64,000 nt of DNA from Octopus vulgaris. Lineage: Eukaryota. The position numbers and the translations under genes were made by a program. Where the stretch lies: assembly GCA_951406725.2 (NCBI GenBank), contig OX597815.1, positions 52,390,001-52,454,000 on the forward strand, given 5' to 3'. Shown here piece by piece: positions 27,748 to 41,379 of the stretch (its first letter is position 1; each line of letters opens with the position of its first letter). Under the pieces are notes generated by a model. The model was not told where the DNA came from, searched no databases, and worked only from the letters and a program-made list of their open reading frames with translations.

Positions 27748-28417
27748 CAATACCATTGATATAGAACATAATGATACTAAAAATAAGTGTGTATGTGTGT
27801 GTGTCAGATTAATGGCCCTTGGCCTATTCTTTATTTTATTGTCCCTTGGAAGATTGGTTGAAAGGAAGAAAGAAAAAGCAAAGAAACTAAAAGCAGTCCA
27901 CCTCTGTGGTATCTAAACTTTGGGTAAAATGCGACGTAACTAAAATACCGAACGACGAATCTGGTATTCCATTACTTTTTCCGTTGCATTGCATGCTTGA
28001 GGTTGGTCATTTTGCCAGTAAACACACGTACTAATTATTTGATCTTCACTTTAGCTTTATTATCATTATTAGTAGTTATTGTTTATTTGTCGGAGGTTTT
28101 TCGTCACACATTCTGTGACTCTTCAAAATCTACTTGTTCTTCGTGTATCCTCTTCTCTCTGGCCTTGCCCTATCTATTCTGTCTTGTCTTTCTGTGGTAT
28201 GTATCACTATCTGCGCACACATTTGCGACTCTGTGTGTGTGGGTGTGTGCCCGAGCGCGTTTCTGGCATAATTTTCAGTCAACCAACTTCTCCCTCAAAC
28301 TAGATCAACCCCAGGCTTTAGCAGACTTTTGTGAAAGTTATCATGTCTATAGTATCACACTGCAAAACAAGTGGTTGTGAATCAACGGTCTTAACCTCAC
28401 TGTCACTCCCGTGCCTA

Positions 28418-28514
28418 TGTATGTATGTATGTATGTATGTATCTGTCTGTCTGTCTGTCTCTCTCTCTCTGTCTCTCTGCCTGCCTGTCTGTCTGACTAC
28501 CTGCCTGCCTGTCA

Positions 28515-28603
<89 letters not shown>

Positions 28604-28610
28604 ATGTATG
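28418..28610. repeat. (TATG)/(TCTG)/(TCTA) tetranucleotide array
   Basis: Directly visible. Confidence 0.95.
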
Positions 28611-29219
28611 TGTATAGACATGTATGTATATAACGATTTGTATGCCCCCTATAAATGACGAGAGAAAAACATTTATTGAAATGGTCCTTTGTTTGTTACA
28701 ATGTAAGATAAAACATATTCGAGTTGTCACATACAAATTATTTGCTGTTCTGTTATCCATTCTGTAGGTAGTTAAGTTAAGTTGACTGCGAGAAGAACGG
28801 ATGAAAAAAGGAGGTATATAAAATAAAAGAATTTAGATAAGTAGCAAGTGTGAGACTTGTATAGTCGAGCGGAGACAAACCATACAGGAAGTGCTCCTTT
28901 TGGCCAGAGGCCAAGCAAAAGAAGGAGAACCGAATTTGGGTTCTGTATTTATATTTTTTTCTAAATTAAGTCAGGCTAAACAAAAAGTTTTTCACCTGTT
29001 TTCTGCCTTGACCTACGTTTGATTTGAAATGGTTAGTTAAAGATTAGAACTTATTAATATTTGACCGTTGATTCTCATAAATTTCTTAGTGCAAATGCCG
29101 AGAACAATAGGATGGAAATCGTAATAGACATCTAGATTCGGTTTTGAATCTTGGCTAAGAATCTAGTAAGCTATTCATTACATAATGCACACACACACAC
29201 ACACACACACACTACATAT

Positions 29220-29620
29220 CGTTGTCGATTTCTGTTTCCATAGAGGTCACATCTAAGGATCAGTGGAAGCCTTGGTTGGATCTATTCAAAATGTTCTATC
29301 CCGATCTTGATGATGTTTTGCCACGTTGTTCAACTTTCTGCATGTTGGTCCTAGAATTTAGGGGGCTCTTCGTCGCGGGTTTCAGTTGGTACTAGTAGCG
29401 TCGTATGGGAGTGCTGTGTGGTCTTTTGCTAGTGTTGGGTTCGCTCTTAAACGATGTGGCGCTGCAGCTTTGTACTATCATGCAGTGGACACGACCTGTG
29501 CATCTGAAGCAATGTTTGATGAGTATGGCCTCAATAGTGTTGCTTTGGTCCGTTCAGTGTATCTGCCGGGTTGTTGACATTCGCACCCACAGAGAAGTAC
29601 GCGCGTATATATTCATGTAG
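29220..29620 (-). mobile_element. Heavily decayed RTE-like LINE 3' region
   Basis: Fragment TWQNIIKIGIEHFE resembles RTE C-terminal regions; weak. Confidence 0.35.
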
Positions 29621-29718
29621 ACAAAACGCCGACCATAAATGACTTTTGAAACAAAATTTTGTAAGCATTTTGAACAAATAAAAATCATATTTAAAACTGT
29701 AAACGTTATGAAAAAGCA

Positions 29719-30470
<752 letters not shown>

Positions 30471-30887
30471 TATTTCAATTGAGCGACTTTGTAAATACTT
30501 AATTATATGAGTATACACATATACACATCCAAACAAAGGCATATATAATTAAGCCTAAAAGGAAAAGACACTTGAAAATAAAACCAAGCTACTAATTCAA
30601 ATATTTACATAATGTATTCTACGTTAGATCTGTTTCTTCGTACATAATCGTGTTTGTAACTATTAGACATTCATGAAAGTATATGGGCATGTGATGCCTT
30701 CTGTAATATATCGTTTATATACAATGTGGCGAAGAAGCCAGAGATATCTTGGACCACTCGAAATATCAAGACCAAATTACAATCGATTTACATTGTAAAA
30801 GACTCCACTACAATTAACATTAAGCATGTTATGCAAAGATGTGTTTACAGAATACGCACACAAATACACATGCATATGTGTGTGTGA

Positions 30888-31419
30888 ATTCTTTTATTCT
30901 TTTCTTTGTTTCAGCCAAAAAGCAGTGGCCATGCTGGAACACCGCCAATGTCATCACTTTTTCAGTGACCATTCTTATGCGATTAGTTTTTGGTGAAGGG
31001 GAGAGTTCGATATTGCTGCCCTCCTTTGAGTTTCTTGCCGTGATATAGGTTCATCTGGGAGCTTGGGCAGCAGGAGATCAAATTGTTTCTTGAAAATATC
31101 TACCCCTATTCCATAAAGATACCTAAGATATTTTGGCAAGGCATTAAATATCTGTGGACCCTTGAATCCGAAGCTACTGCAGTCCACAGTCCTCACTGTA
31201 GACGAGATAACTGGGACTTTGGAACAGTTCAGTGACGTCCTGTTCGGGGGTTAGTATAGCTCTTGAGGGTAAAGTTTGGGCCAACCCCTCCAGGATGTTC
31301 CATACGTATATCACTGCATACATTTCCCATCTTCGCTCCATGGAGTAGAGTCGTGGCTCTTTCAGTCTCTCTCAGTAGCTCATCTGTTCCATTGATACAG
31401 TCTTGCTGGTGTGACATCG

Positions 31420-31420
<1 letters not shown>
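30888..31420 (-). mobile_element. CR1-like LINE 3' end with 3' UTR
   Basis: LQLYSMERRWEMYAVIYVWNILEG and SFGFKGPQIFNALPKYLR...VDIFKKQFDLLLPKLPDEP...AAISNS; UTR ends in an AAAAGAAT-type tail. Confidence 0.75.
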
Positions 31421-31514
<94 letters not shown>

Positions 31515-32639
31515 CACATACACACATATCTTTTACTTGTTTCAGTCATTAGTCAGTGGCCATGCTGGGGCACCGCCTTGAAGAATTTATTAAACGAACT
31601 GTCACCCGAGCATGCTGAATCTTAAATAGCAAGATCAACATTTATATCATGCTAAGTACCTACTCTCTTTTTTGTCTACAACGAACCAGCAAAACAAAAC
31701 TCCACTCTGATCTTCAAAAAAATCCTGTATACTTTCCTGCACAAACCTATAGACCAGATCCCACACTCCTTCACATTCCTTTCAACCGCCTTCTCAATGA
31801 ATTTACACTTTTCCGCAACCCCCAATTTCAAGTTCTCAACTATATAACCACCCTGTACTTTCTCACATCACCTCTTCTCTTCTTCTCTTCAAATGATACA
31901 AGATTTCTATAACCTTCTAGTTAGAAGCCTCTTCGCACCGAGCCACACCTAAGATCTTTCACTAAGAAAACTAAGAGAATGAGATAACTAAAGCTGTAAT
32001 GATGTCATAAACTTTGCTACGTATTCCTGTTCTTCCTTCTTCCCCTTCATCTCTGTATCACATTCCCCAACTTCCTGCTTTCTGCTCTTTCTCTAGCATG
32101 TTTACTTTAACTCCCACTTTTATTTAGCTCTTCATCTTTTAGAATTCTTTATTTTCTCTCTGTTTCTCTTTAACCCTCTATAGTTCTTTCTTACTTTCTC
32201 CCACATTAGGACATCAAGCTAACTTTATCTCTCGATGTTTTCACTCCTCTTTATCCTTTCAGTATGACCACCCTACCACCACCAGTATAATTTACAATTA
32301 CGAACTCTTACTCGTATTTTCTCAACTTTCTCCCTTTTCCCCTGACTTTCTCGATTTGTCCCATGTTTTTTGTTTGTTTCTGTCTCTATCCCTTTAGGGG
32401 AGTCAGTTTTCTTTTCTTCACTCCCCTTTCTAACTATTTTTAACTTTCTCACTTTCCTCCTTCTCTCTATTTTACTACTCCTTCCTCTTTCTCTTTGCAT
32501 TTGCCATTATTAACACCAACGACACCACTGCCACACCGCTACTACTAGCGTACTTGCCAATTATTTTTATAGTTTATTTGAGTTATATTAGCGTGCCAGC
32601 TATGGTAGGTAGGGACTTACTCTTGTATTAAATTATGTG

Positions 32640-33214
32640 TTTCTATACATACATCATATATACATACATGCATGTATACATTCATGCATACATACGTACA
32701 TACATACATATATATATATATATACATGCGTTCAGACATACTCATATATATATCATATATATGTATACATACACGCACATACGTATACATATATACACTT
32801 ACATACATGCACATATGAACGTATGCATGCATTCATACATACGTACATACACTCATAGATAAGTACCTACATATTATGTATATACATACATCATACATAC
32901 AAACACAAACACTAGCATACACGCACGCACACACATATACATACATACTTACATATATACATACCGACATACATACATGCATAAATACATATATGCATAC
33001 ATACATGCATGTATGCATACATACATACATACATACATACGTACATACATGCATGCATACGTACATACATACATGCATGCATACATACATACATACATAC
33101 ATACATACATACATACATACACTTCAGCTTAACATTTCGTGACTTCATGTTTCATATCCTAAGGGAATCTTTAGGCTGATCACCAGACGAGAATACAGTG
33201 TCAGAACTGCTAAC

Positions 33215-33246
<32 letters not shown>

Positions 33247-33488
33247 GTCTCTCTCTCTCTCTCTCTTTCTCTCTGTCTCTCTCTCTCTGTCTCTCTCTCT
33301 CTCTTCTGTATGTCTCACACAAGCAAACACACATACATACACATATATATGCGCACATATGCACACATGCACAAATACAAGTACATAAACTTACCTATGC
33401 ACTCACATGCTCCAAATCACGCATATACATAGGCGTATAAGTATGTATTGTAAATAAGCTTACATGCATATATAATAATAATAATAAT

Positions 33489-33544
<56 letters not shown>

Positions 33545-33553
33545 TAATAAATA
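32640..33553. repeat. Cluster of (TACA)n, (CT)n and (TAA)n microsatellites
   Basis: Directly visible. Confidence 0.9.
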
Positions 33554-34044
33554 ATATATATGTATATATATATATGCATATACGTATTATAAAGATACAT
33601 TTAGCCTCGCATGCAAACAGAGCATGTGGTTAAACTACCAGACTCCTTCCCCAGAACGAACCGAAAAACAACTCTGTTAATTACTCTTGATTTTATTCTT
33701 TTGAACTAAACCAGCAGGAATGTCGGATTCGTTCGTTGAAGAAAAGTAACAATATTTTACGAATCTTACAAATATTTATGAAAAATGTTCAGAAAACAAC
33801 CGTTGATTTTTCTGATTTGAATATCATTTTATCTATTGTCACTGTATATTAATTAAAAAAAGTACTGAGACTGCATGTGTTTGGATAACCTATAAATAAG
33901 TTTATATACGTATTTTTAATAAATCTCCATATATCGTTAAATTTCGGAATGATCATTAAAAATCTTTTTTTCTTGCCAACTAAACACACACTATATATTA
34001 GTTTTCCACTCGTTTATTATTGTTCTATTTTATCTTATGTCCAT

Positions 34045-34090
34045 TGTCTGGAAATCTTTTGTCACACGCCTCTAACCTCTTCAGCGACTC
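34045..34090 (-). ncRNA. Degenerate hammerhead-like motif
   Basis: Minus strand: GTCG-CTGAAGA-G-GTTA(gaggcgtg)TGAC-AAAA-GATTTC-CAGAC; G12 is mutated. Confidence 0.4.
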
Positions 34091-34759
34091 TACCATCCCA
34101 TGTATCCTCTCCTGGTCTGTTTAGACCATTCTATCTTTCTATGTTGTGTATTCTTCTCCGCTCATGCGTTTGGGTCTGTATCTCTGTGTGTGTGCGTGTC
34201 TATGTGTTTTGTATGTGCATTTTGTGTGTGTGTGTGTGTCTGTATGGATGTGCTTACTATATTGTTTGAATCCGTGCTTTTTATAAGTTTTTATTCTTAT
34301 TTTTTCATTTATTTACTTATTTGTATCCATTCTTTTTATATATTTCATTTCATCTTAAGTATGTGTACGTGTGTCTTTTGTGTGTGTGTATGGGTTTATG
34401 TATTATACTGTTTGTATATGTGTCTTTTTCCTTCTGTCTTGAGTCACCGTGTTCTGTAGTGCGGTGGTGATGGGTGTCATTGTTCCATTCGTGTTTTCTG
34501 TTGAGGCTCGGTCTGTCTATTGCTATGTGTGTGGTCTCTGTAATCTGTCTAAGTGCCGTGTCTGTTCTATGCTTTGATAATAATCTAACCCCTATGTTAT
34601 TAACTGAGCCTCTATGTTATATTGGGCATGTTGGTAGAGCACTGACAAGCTTTTCTCCTCTTTTCGCTAATCTGCTTCCCTGTACGGCGTGCCGTCTCCC
34701 CAATGTAAGTTACCGTCTTGTTTCTGCATCGTCCCTCAGTACATTGTACAAGACAAGAA

Positions 34760-34878
34760 ATAAGGCTTTGCTTGGCCCGAAACTATAGTAGAAGACACTT
34801 GCCCAGGGTGCCAAGCAGTGGGACTGAACCCGAAACCATGTGTTGGGAAGCAAGCTTCTTAACACACAGCCACGCCTA
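34760..34878 (-). mobile_element. SINE family B 5' half
   Basis: Reverse of the ggcgtggctgtgtgttaagaagcttgcttccc head. Confidence 0.8.
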
Positions 34879-34914
34879 TACATACATACATACATACATA
34901 CATACATACATACA

Positions 34915-34948
<34 letters not shown>

Positions 34949-34964
34949 CATACATACAAACCAT

Positions 34965-35002
<38 letters not shown>

Positions 35003-35029
35003 GATGTATATATGTGTGTGTGTGTGTGT

Positions 35030-35490
35030 GATGACACGTGACCATCGTCCATCATTCTTTTCCTCACGTGACCATCTTTCTTTTCCTGCACAGACATTCA
35101 AGAGACTGGACGCTTTTCTCTCTCTTCTATTTTTTTCTTTTCAAAGAAAATATTTCTCCCAGCGTTCACTATTTCCCTCTCTTCTGGTCTAACGGCTCTC
35201 CATCTTTGTTCGGTTTCCTTATATGTGTCTACTGTCTTGTTTTTGTTCCCAACTTTGACCCTCTATAAATCATAAATTTTATTTTAATATTTATGGAAGC
35301 AACTGTCTTTGAAGACTCATATTGTCCTTAAATGCTCAAAATGAGGAGTAGAGAGACAGCCGACAACTGATGAAGAGTCCTTTCTCTACGATTACCCGTC
35401 CTGTTTTCCATTTTTTCTCTCGTTGTTTACGTAATTAACTCGTTTGTTTACGTATTCCATATTGTTTGCACAGTTGGTAACGTCCTATAC

Positions 35491-35495
<5 letters not shown>
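35030..35495 (+). mobile_element. Non-coding interspersed repeat, divergent relative of 4035-4530
   Basis: Same ordered motif skeleton as the reverse complement of 4035-4530. Confidence 0.55.
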
Positions 35496-35561
<66 letters not shown>

Positions 35562-35787
35562 TAAACACATATATATATTATTTATTATTATTATCATTTA
35601 ATTGAACGCGACGCATCCATTTCCAAGTCAAAATATATATACATATATACATACATATATATGCACACACACACATACACACACTCATGTATATAAATGT
35701 ATATATACATATATACATACGTATATATGTGTGCGTGAGTGAGAGAGAAAGAGAGAGAGAGAGTGTGTGAGAGAGAGAACGAGAAAT

Positions 35788-36078
35788 AAATTGGAATTCA
35801 CGAGATTATTTATTAATTCCTACGATCATTTCGATCCATCGTGCATCGGTCCTTCGCAGGTGATATTCTGTACAGCTGGTTGTGATGCCTTGTCAGGTAC
35901 CTCGTTTTTTAATCTCAGTTTTCTTTTTATTATGATTATAATATGGTACCATTAAGGAATATCTGCACCGAATGATGCGCCACAACCACTTGTTCAGAAT
36001 CTCATCCATGAAGGACCGATGCACGATGGCTCGAAACGATCGTAGGGATTAATACAGAATTCTATGAATTCCATTTTC
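35788..36078. mobile_element. Second palindromic element with a hammerhead-like motif in each arm
   Basis: Arms 35788-35900 and 35965-36078 are reverse complements; the right arm has CCATGA-A-GGACC...GGCTC-GAAA-CGATCG-TA-GGGAT (35999-36049); the left arm core is CTGCGA. Confidence 0.75.
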
Positions 36079-36256
36079 TCTCTCTTTCTCTCATTTGTAA
36101 CAAATTCAACGGAGACGAAGGAATTGCTGGAGTAAATCCAGTGGCACTTATATCCATACTGTTGATGACATCAGGTAACCGAATACAGTGAACGTGCATT
36201 AAACGGTATACTACCAGGTGTACGTCCAAATTTAAAATTATTACTCATAATATTTT

Positions 36257-36420
36257 ATACATACATACATACATACATACATACATACATACATACATAC
36301 ATACATACATACATACATGCATACACACACACATACATGCATACATACATACATACATACATACATACATACATACATACATACATACATACATACATAC
36401 ATACACACATACATACATAT
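36257..36420. repeat. (TACA)n microsatellite
   Basis: Directly visible. Confidence 0.95.
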
Positions 36421-37540
36421 AACATGCTATTTTTTTGTGATTAATAATAACAAGCTAAAAAAGAACTCAACATCATCACTGGTTGAGTAAATATTTAAAA
36501 CACGAAGTTAGAGTTTCAGTTTGCTGAATTCTGTTACCCAGTTCCTTGTTTCTTTTCTTAGACATTCATCAAACAGGTTTGACTGATGGAAAGTTACGTC
36601 TGTCTATCGCAGTTTATCGGTGTGGTTCCATGTATTGTAGACTTCACGTTTGTGTTGCTAGAACACGTTTGTGTTCCAATTTTACACGCACTTAAATACA
36701 TACATACCACTGCATCTCACACAGATCTGTGTACATGTACTAACAAACACATACGTAAGTGTGCCTGTTTTAAACATATACTGACTTGTATATAACTATA
36801 AAAAGTGCAAAACCTAAGGAAAATAAGCGGTAACACACACACACACACACGCGCGCGCGCAAACACATGTAAGTATTAAAATGGCTTATGAAAAAGAATT
36901 TAGCCATTTGCTTATTTGTATTTTTCATAATTGATGGTTTGTTTTTTGCTGGTAGATATACGAATTTAGATATTTTTCGAATAACTGTAACTTTAATTTT
37001 CATAACTTTCTGGAAAAACATGTCAAGCTTCAAAATTCTTGGAAGCTTGACATCTCTTGGTTTCACAGTGAGCTAAAAATAACAATTGTTTCTAAAATAA
37101 ATAAATGGAATAAATTTTAGAGGAAGAGACAGTCAATTAAATTACTCCGCACTTTATTTTATCAACCCCGGAAGGATGTAAAACAAATCTAGCCTCAATA
37201 CGATTAAAAATACTTAGAAGAAACATCAGCAAGATTAAAATTTTGAACAAAAGCAACTCACGAAAAGAATATGACGAGATTTATGTTAAGGAAAGTAAAG
37301 CTATATGAGAAAAGTAAAGCTATATGAGAAAAAATTTACTTTGCGCAAAATCAACCAAGATAATGTGTTACATTGAGAGAACAACTAAATTTGAGCATAG
37401 CAGACTTTTCAATCAAATCAAGCATAGATTTACTGTAAGAAATCGATGAATTAACACGCGGGAAAATCATCGGCTGGTGTTTATGTACAAAGTGCAATCG
37501 AAAATTAGCTTCATTTTTTCGGTATTAATATTCTAACACT

Positions 37541-37741
37541 CCGTAAGGCGGCGAGCTGGCAGAATCGTTAGCACGCTGGGCAAAATGCTGAGCGTCATTT
37601 CGTCTGTCGTTACGTTCTGAGGTCATCCTTGGCTTTCATCCTTTCGGGTCGATAAATTAAGTACCAGTTGAGCACTGGGGGTCAACGTAATCGACTTAAC
37701 CACTCCCACAAAGTTGCTGGTCTTGTGCCAAAATTGAAAAC
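37541..37741 (+). mobile_element. SINE family A
   Basis: Family A head and core; imperfect TSD taatatt..aacact. Confidence 0.85.
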
Positions 37742-40039
37742 TAATATTTAAACACTGAGTAACATAGTCAACAGATGACTTGAAGATGAAAATTATCAAG
37801 TGAAGAAACGAGTAGGGTGATCACAGAAAGTCTCAGAGAGGGCAAAAAAGGGCTGTTATGAAGTAAGTTATTAGACATTGATGTAACTGTTAAAGAGTCT
37901 GAAAATCTATGGATATGCGTAAGAACAGTATCGAAAAACATTGGAAGACTTTCCAGAAGCCAATAATCTCAAAAGCTAAGGAGATCAAAAGGTTCAACTG
38001 GGCTAAATATTTCTGCAACAAGCAGCATGGAAAACGACATCTGGTCGTCAATAATATAGTGTGACGAAAGCCAAATCCTGACAATTTTGCAATTCATTGC
38101 AGGTATATGTGTACGGCAAAAATTGAAACATGGAAGCCAGAATGTTTGCAAGGAATAGTTAAACATGGATGAGTTGGAAAAATGATGTGAAGGAGGGAGA
38201 GGGAAGTTTTGGTGACTGGTAGACCAAAGTTAAAATTTTGTTGAGAATCCTTCAAATGACTCAAAATATTCTCAAATACTCGTCTGTTCCACTGTAAGGA
38301 TCGATAAGAAGAACAATCTTGTTCAAGAAGATGGAGTCCTATGCTATGCAAGGAAGGCACCACAAGTTTGGAAAAGTGCTTATGCAATCGAATCCCTGAA
38401 ATGGGTTGCTAAAACTCCCAATTTTAATCCAATCCTTTGGCAAGGTCTTTTCACTTGGGTTGTGTAAAACTCCTTCGTCTCTCTGCTATCATACATATAT
38501 TTCCACACATCCCTACTAAGATAGTATTCTCTCTTGCACATAATAGTAAATTTTTCTTATACCAATTCTTTTCTCTCAGTTATCTGTGCTCCAGCATTCA
38601 CTTATGATAACATCATACATCTGGCAGGGCATGTTGGCTCATTTCTTCCCAGTTTTCGCACAGTTTTCTCCTCTCTTGTAAACGACACATATCCCCTCGT
38701 TTCTGCTCCAACAGAAACGAGTAGATGTATGTCTATACAATCTTTACAATCACCCTAAATCTACCTTTCACCAAGCGCTCAGAGCAGGGCATTCTATCGA
38801 AGATATTCTCCAGGTCGACAGTACGAAATTAAGTTGCTAAACACTCCACTTGCTGCTGTCTGACTTGAAATATTACTATTGTGGTTCCACATTACTAGTT
38901 CGAAGCCAAACTACATTTTATTGAGGCTAACCCTATCTTGTTCTGTCTTTGCTATAACGTAAACGACTACGTATTCAAGACTTATTCAAATAGCTACTGC
39001 TGGTTGCTTGTGTAACAATTCGAATGAAAACGATTGAAATTAACATTTTAAGAGATAGTGGTTTATATAGCTTGTTAATAAAAGTATGCCTTTTCATGTA
39101 TTAAAATCATTTTGCGGTTATTCCACCTCTTCAAATGAATCTAAACACAGCATTGAAAGAACTATTCTTGCAATACGATATCTTGTGGTACTTCAACCTG
39201 TGCCACAAGGCTTCTCTCAGAGTACTTTATTTTTCACTCACTTTGAATGTTATCATGTTGTATGAAGTACTCCAGTAAATTAACTTTGTTAACAAAGAAA
39301 GCTCGACCAGCTAGAAATAACAACCAAATCGCCGTAAAATTACACGCTACCGTTTTACAAAAAGGACGGTCACATTGAAAATAATGTAGTCCAAAGGACG
39401 GTTACACTAAAAATATGTAGCCCATAGAAAAAAGATAGAATGGTCTTGGCTGGAATATCTTTGATCAGGTGTTTAATCAGTGACGACTCTAGGATAAACA
39501 ACAACAACGTCGACGACGTCAACAACAGCAACTTTGTTGTGACTCTCTAACTACTTTATGTAAAGGTCCATTAGCTTTGATGCCTCTGCAATTGTTCTTC
39601 TCCACTGCAGCTCTTTTAGTCCTGTTGCAGTTTATGCTGCTGCCATACTAGACATTGGGAGAAAACACCTTCAGATATTTGATTAACTAAGAGAGAAACA
39701 GTACAGTAATTAATTAGTATAACAAGAGTAAGTGACTAATTAGAAATATATTAAAAAATACTATTTGCTCATGATTCTTTAATGTTTTTCTAATGAATTG
39801 TCTAGCCTGAAATAAAATTAGTCGTAAACTCTACTTAGAACAGTACATCTTCCAATACAATCTATACTACACTAATGTAATAATATCAATATTTAAAAAT
39901 ATGGTTTCTAATTAGAAATATGATTGTTGATTATATCAGCACAAACAGCAACATTCTGCTGACTTCAATTGCCGATAACTTACTGCTACACTCTCGCTGC
40001 TAGAACATACTTTATAAAATATTATTTATCTCAAACTGT

Positions 40040-40097
40040 ATTGCTGCTGCTGTTGTTGCTGCTACTGCTGCTGCAACAACATTTACTGCTGCTGCTG

Positions 40098-40146
<49 letters not shown>
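40040..40146. repeat. (CTG/CTA)n trinucleotide repeat
   Basis: Directly visible. Confidence 0.9.
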
Positions 40147-41379
40147 ATGGTGGTACTGATGATGGATAGTGGCAGTAGCGGTGTGTACGATGATGACGGA
40201 AATGGAAAGAAGAATGCTTAACATTGGAGAACGGAGAAAATTTGATGATGAAGAAATAAATCAGAAGGAATGAAGAAAGAATTATTATTATAGAAAGAAA
40301 TCTGGTGGAATCTGGTAAAAGTGCTCAGAACTACTGCTTAAGCAGTATAACGATAAAACTCAACAGAGCTGCTGTAACTTAGATTCCAGGGGAAAAAATA
40401 AAAAAATAAAAACTTGTTCTACTATTAAGACGCGGGAACAAACGATAGAAATAAGTGCGTGGGAGAAATTAAACAAGAAATTGAAGTGATATCAAACTTG
40501 TACAGGCAATGAAAAGAAAAGCGAGAATAAGCTCACGATTTGCTGTCTGGATATAAAATAGCTGCTGGGAATTATTATAATAGTAAGAGGTATAATAATG
40601 TATATCTATTAATGGTATTAGTGGTATTAATGGTATTAGTTGTGGCTTGGGTAAATCAAGAAGTAGTTTGACAAAGTTCAGTGAAGCATAAAAGCAGGTG
40701 AGATAGAACTGACCACAACGGGAAATAAGAAAAATAAACTGGAAGGGTGTTAAATACCATATGAGTAAATATTCACTGCCAGAATATCAGATCTAACTTC
40801 AGATATTACTTACCAAAAGTAGATATGCATAACTGGTATAATCTAGACTTGTGAGAATCTCTCCCTGCGTCACAATCCGACCTCTCAAAAAAACAAAAAA
40901 CAAAAAGAAAACCCCAAAATTCTAGAAAAACTACAAGAGAAACCGAGAAGGTACAAATAATTTTGACGTTACATAAGAAGTGGTTAAGGTACAAAGTGAA
41001 GTTTGTAGTAATTATGTTTGGTTGTTTAAGCAGCGGAATGATGGAAGTTGAAAAAGGAGCAAGTTAATTAAAGGAAAGAAAGAAGTTGGAGTTAGTATAT
41101 AGATGCAGAACATTATGTAGAATAAGAGTAAAAGAATATTGAGAAAAGTACCGTGTAGAATTGTTCAAAAAGGCTAAACTTCTCTGTCCTAAAGGGATTA
41201 CCAAACTTTTGGGAGATTGACATGTGGCTCACCACGGGCAAGAAATAATAATCGTTTTCGAAATAAAGACAGAAATTTGAGAGGAGAGGACAATCGATTA
41301 GATTACTACGGTACTTGATTGGTACTTTGTTTTATCAATCCCAGAAACATGTAAAGCAGACCTGAACATAGCTCGATTA

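Noticed and set aside
27416-27916. Poly-Pro/Ala/His/Gly ORFs
   Set aside because: Trinucleotide repeat with no stops; no domain or convincing splice context.
38094-38800. Coding-like region on the minus strand
   Set aside because: No family motif could be assigned with confidence.
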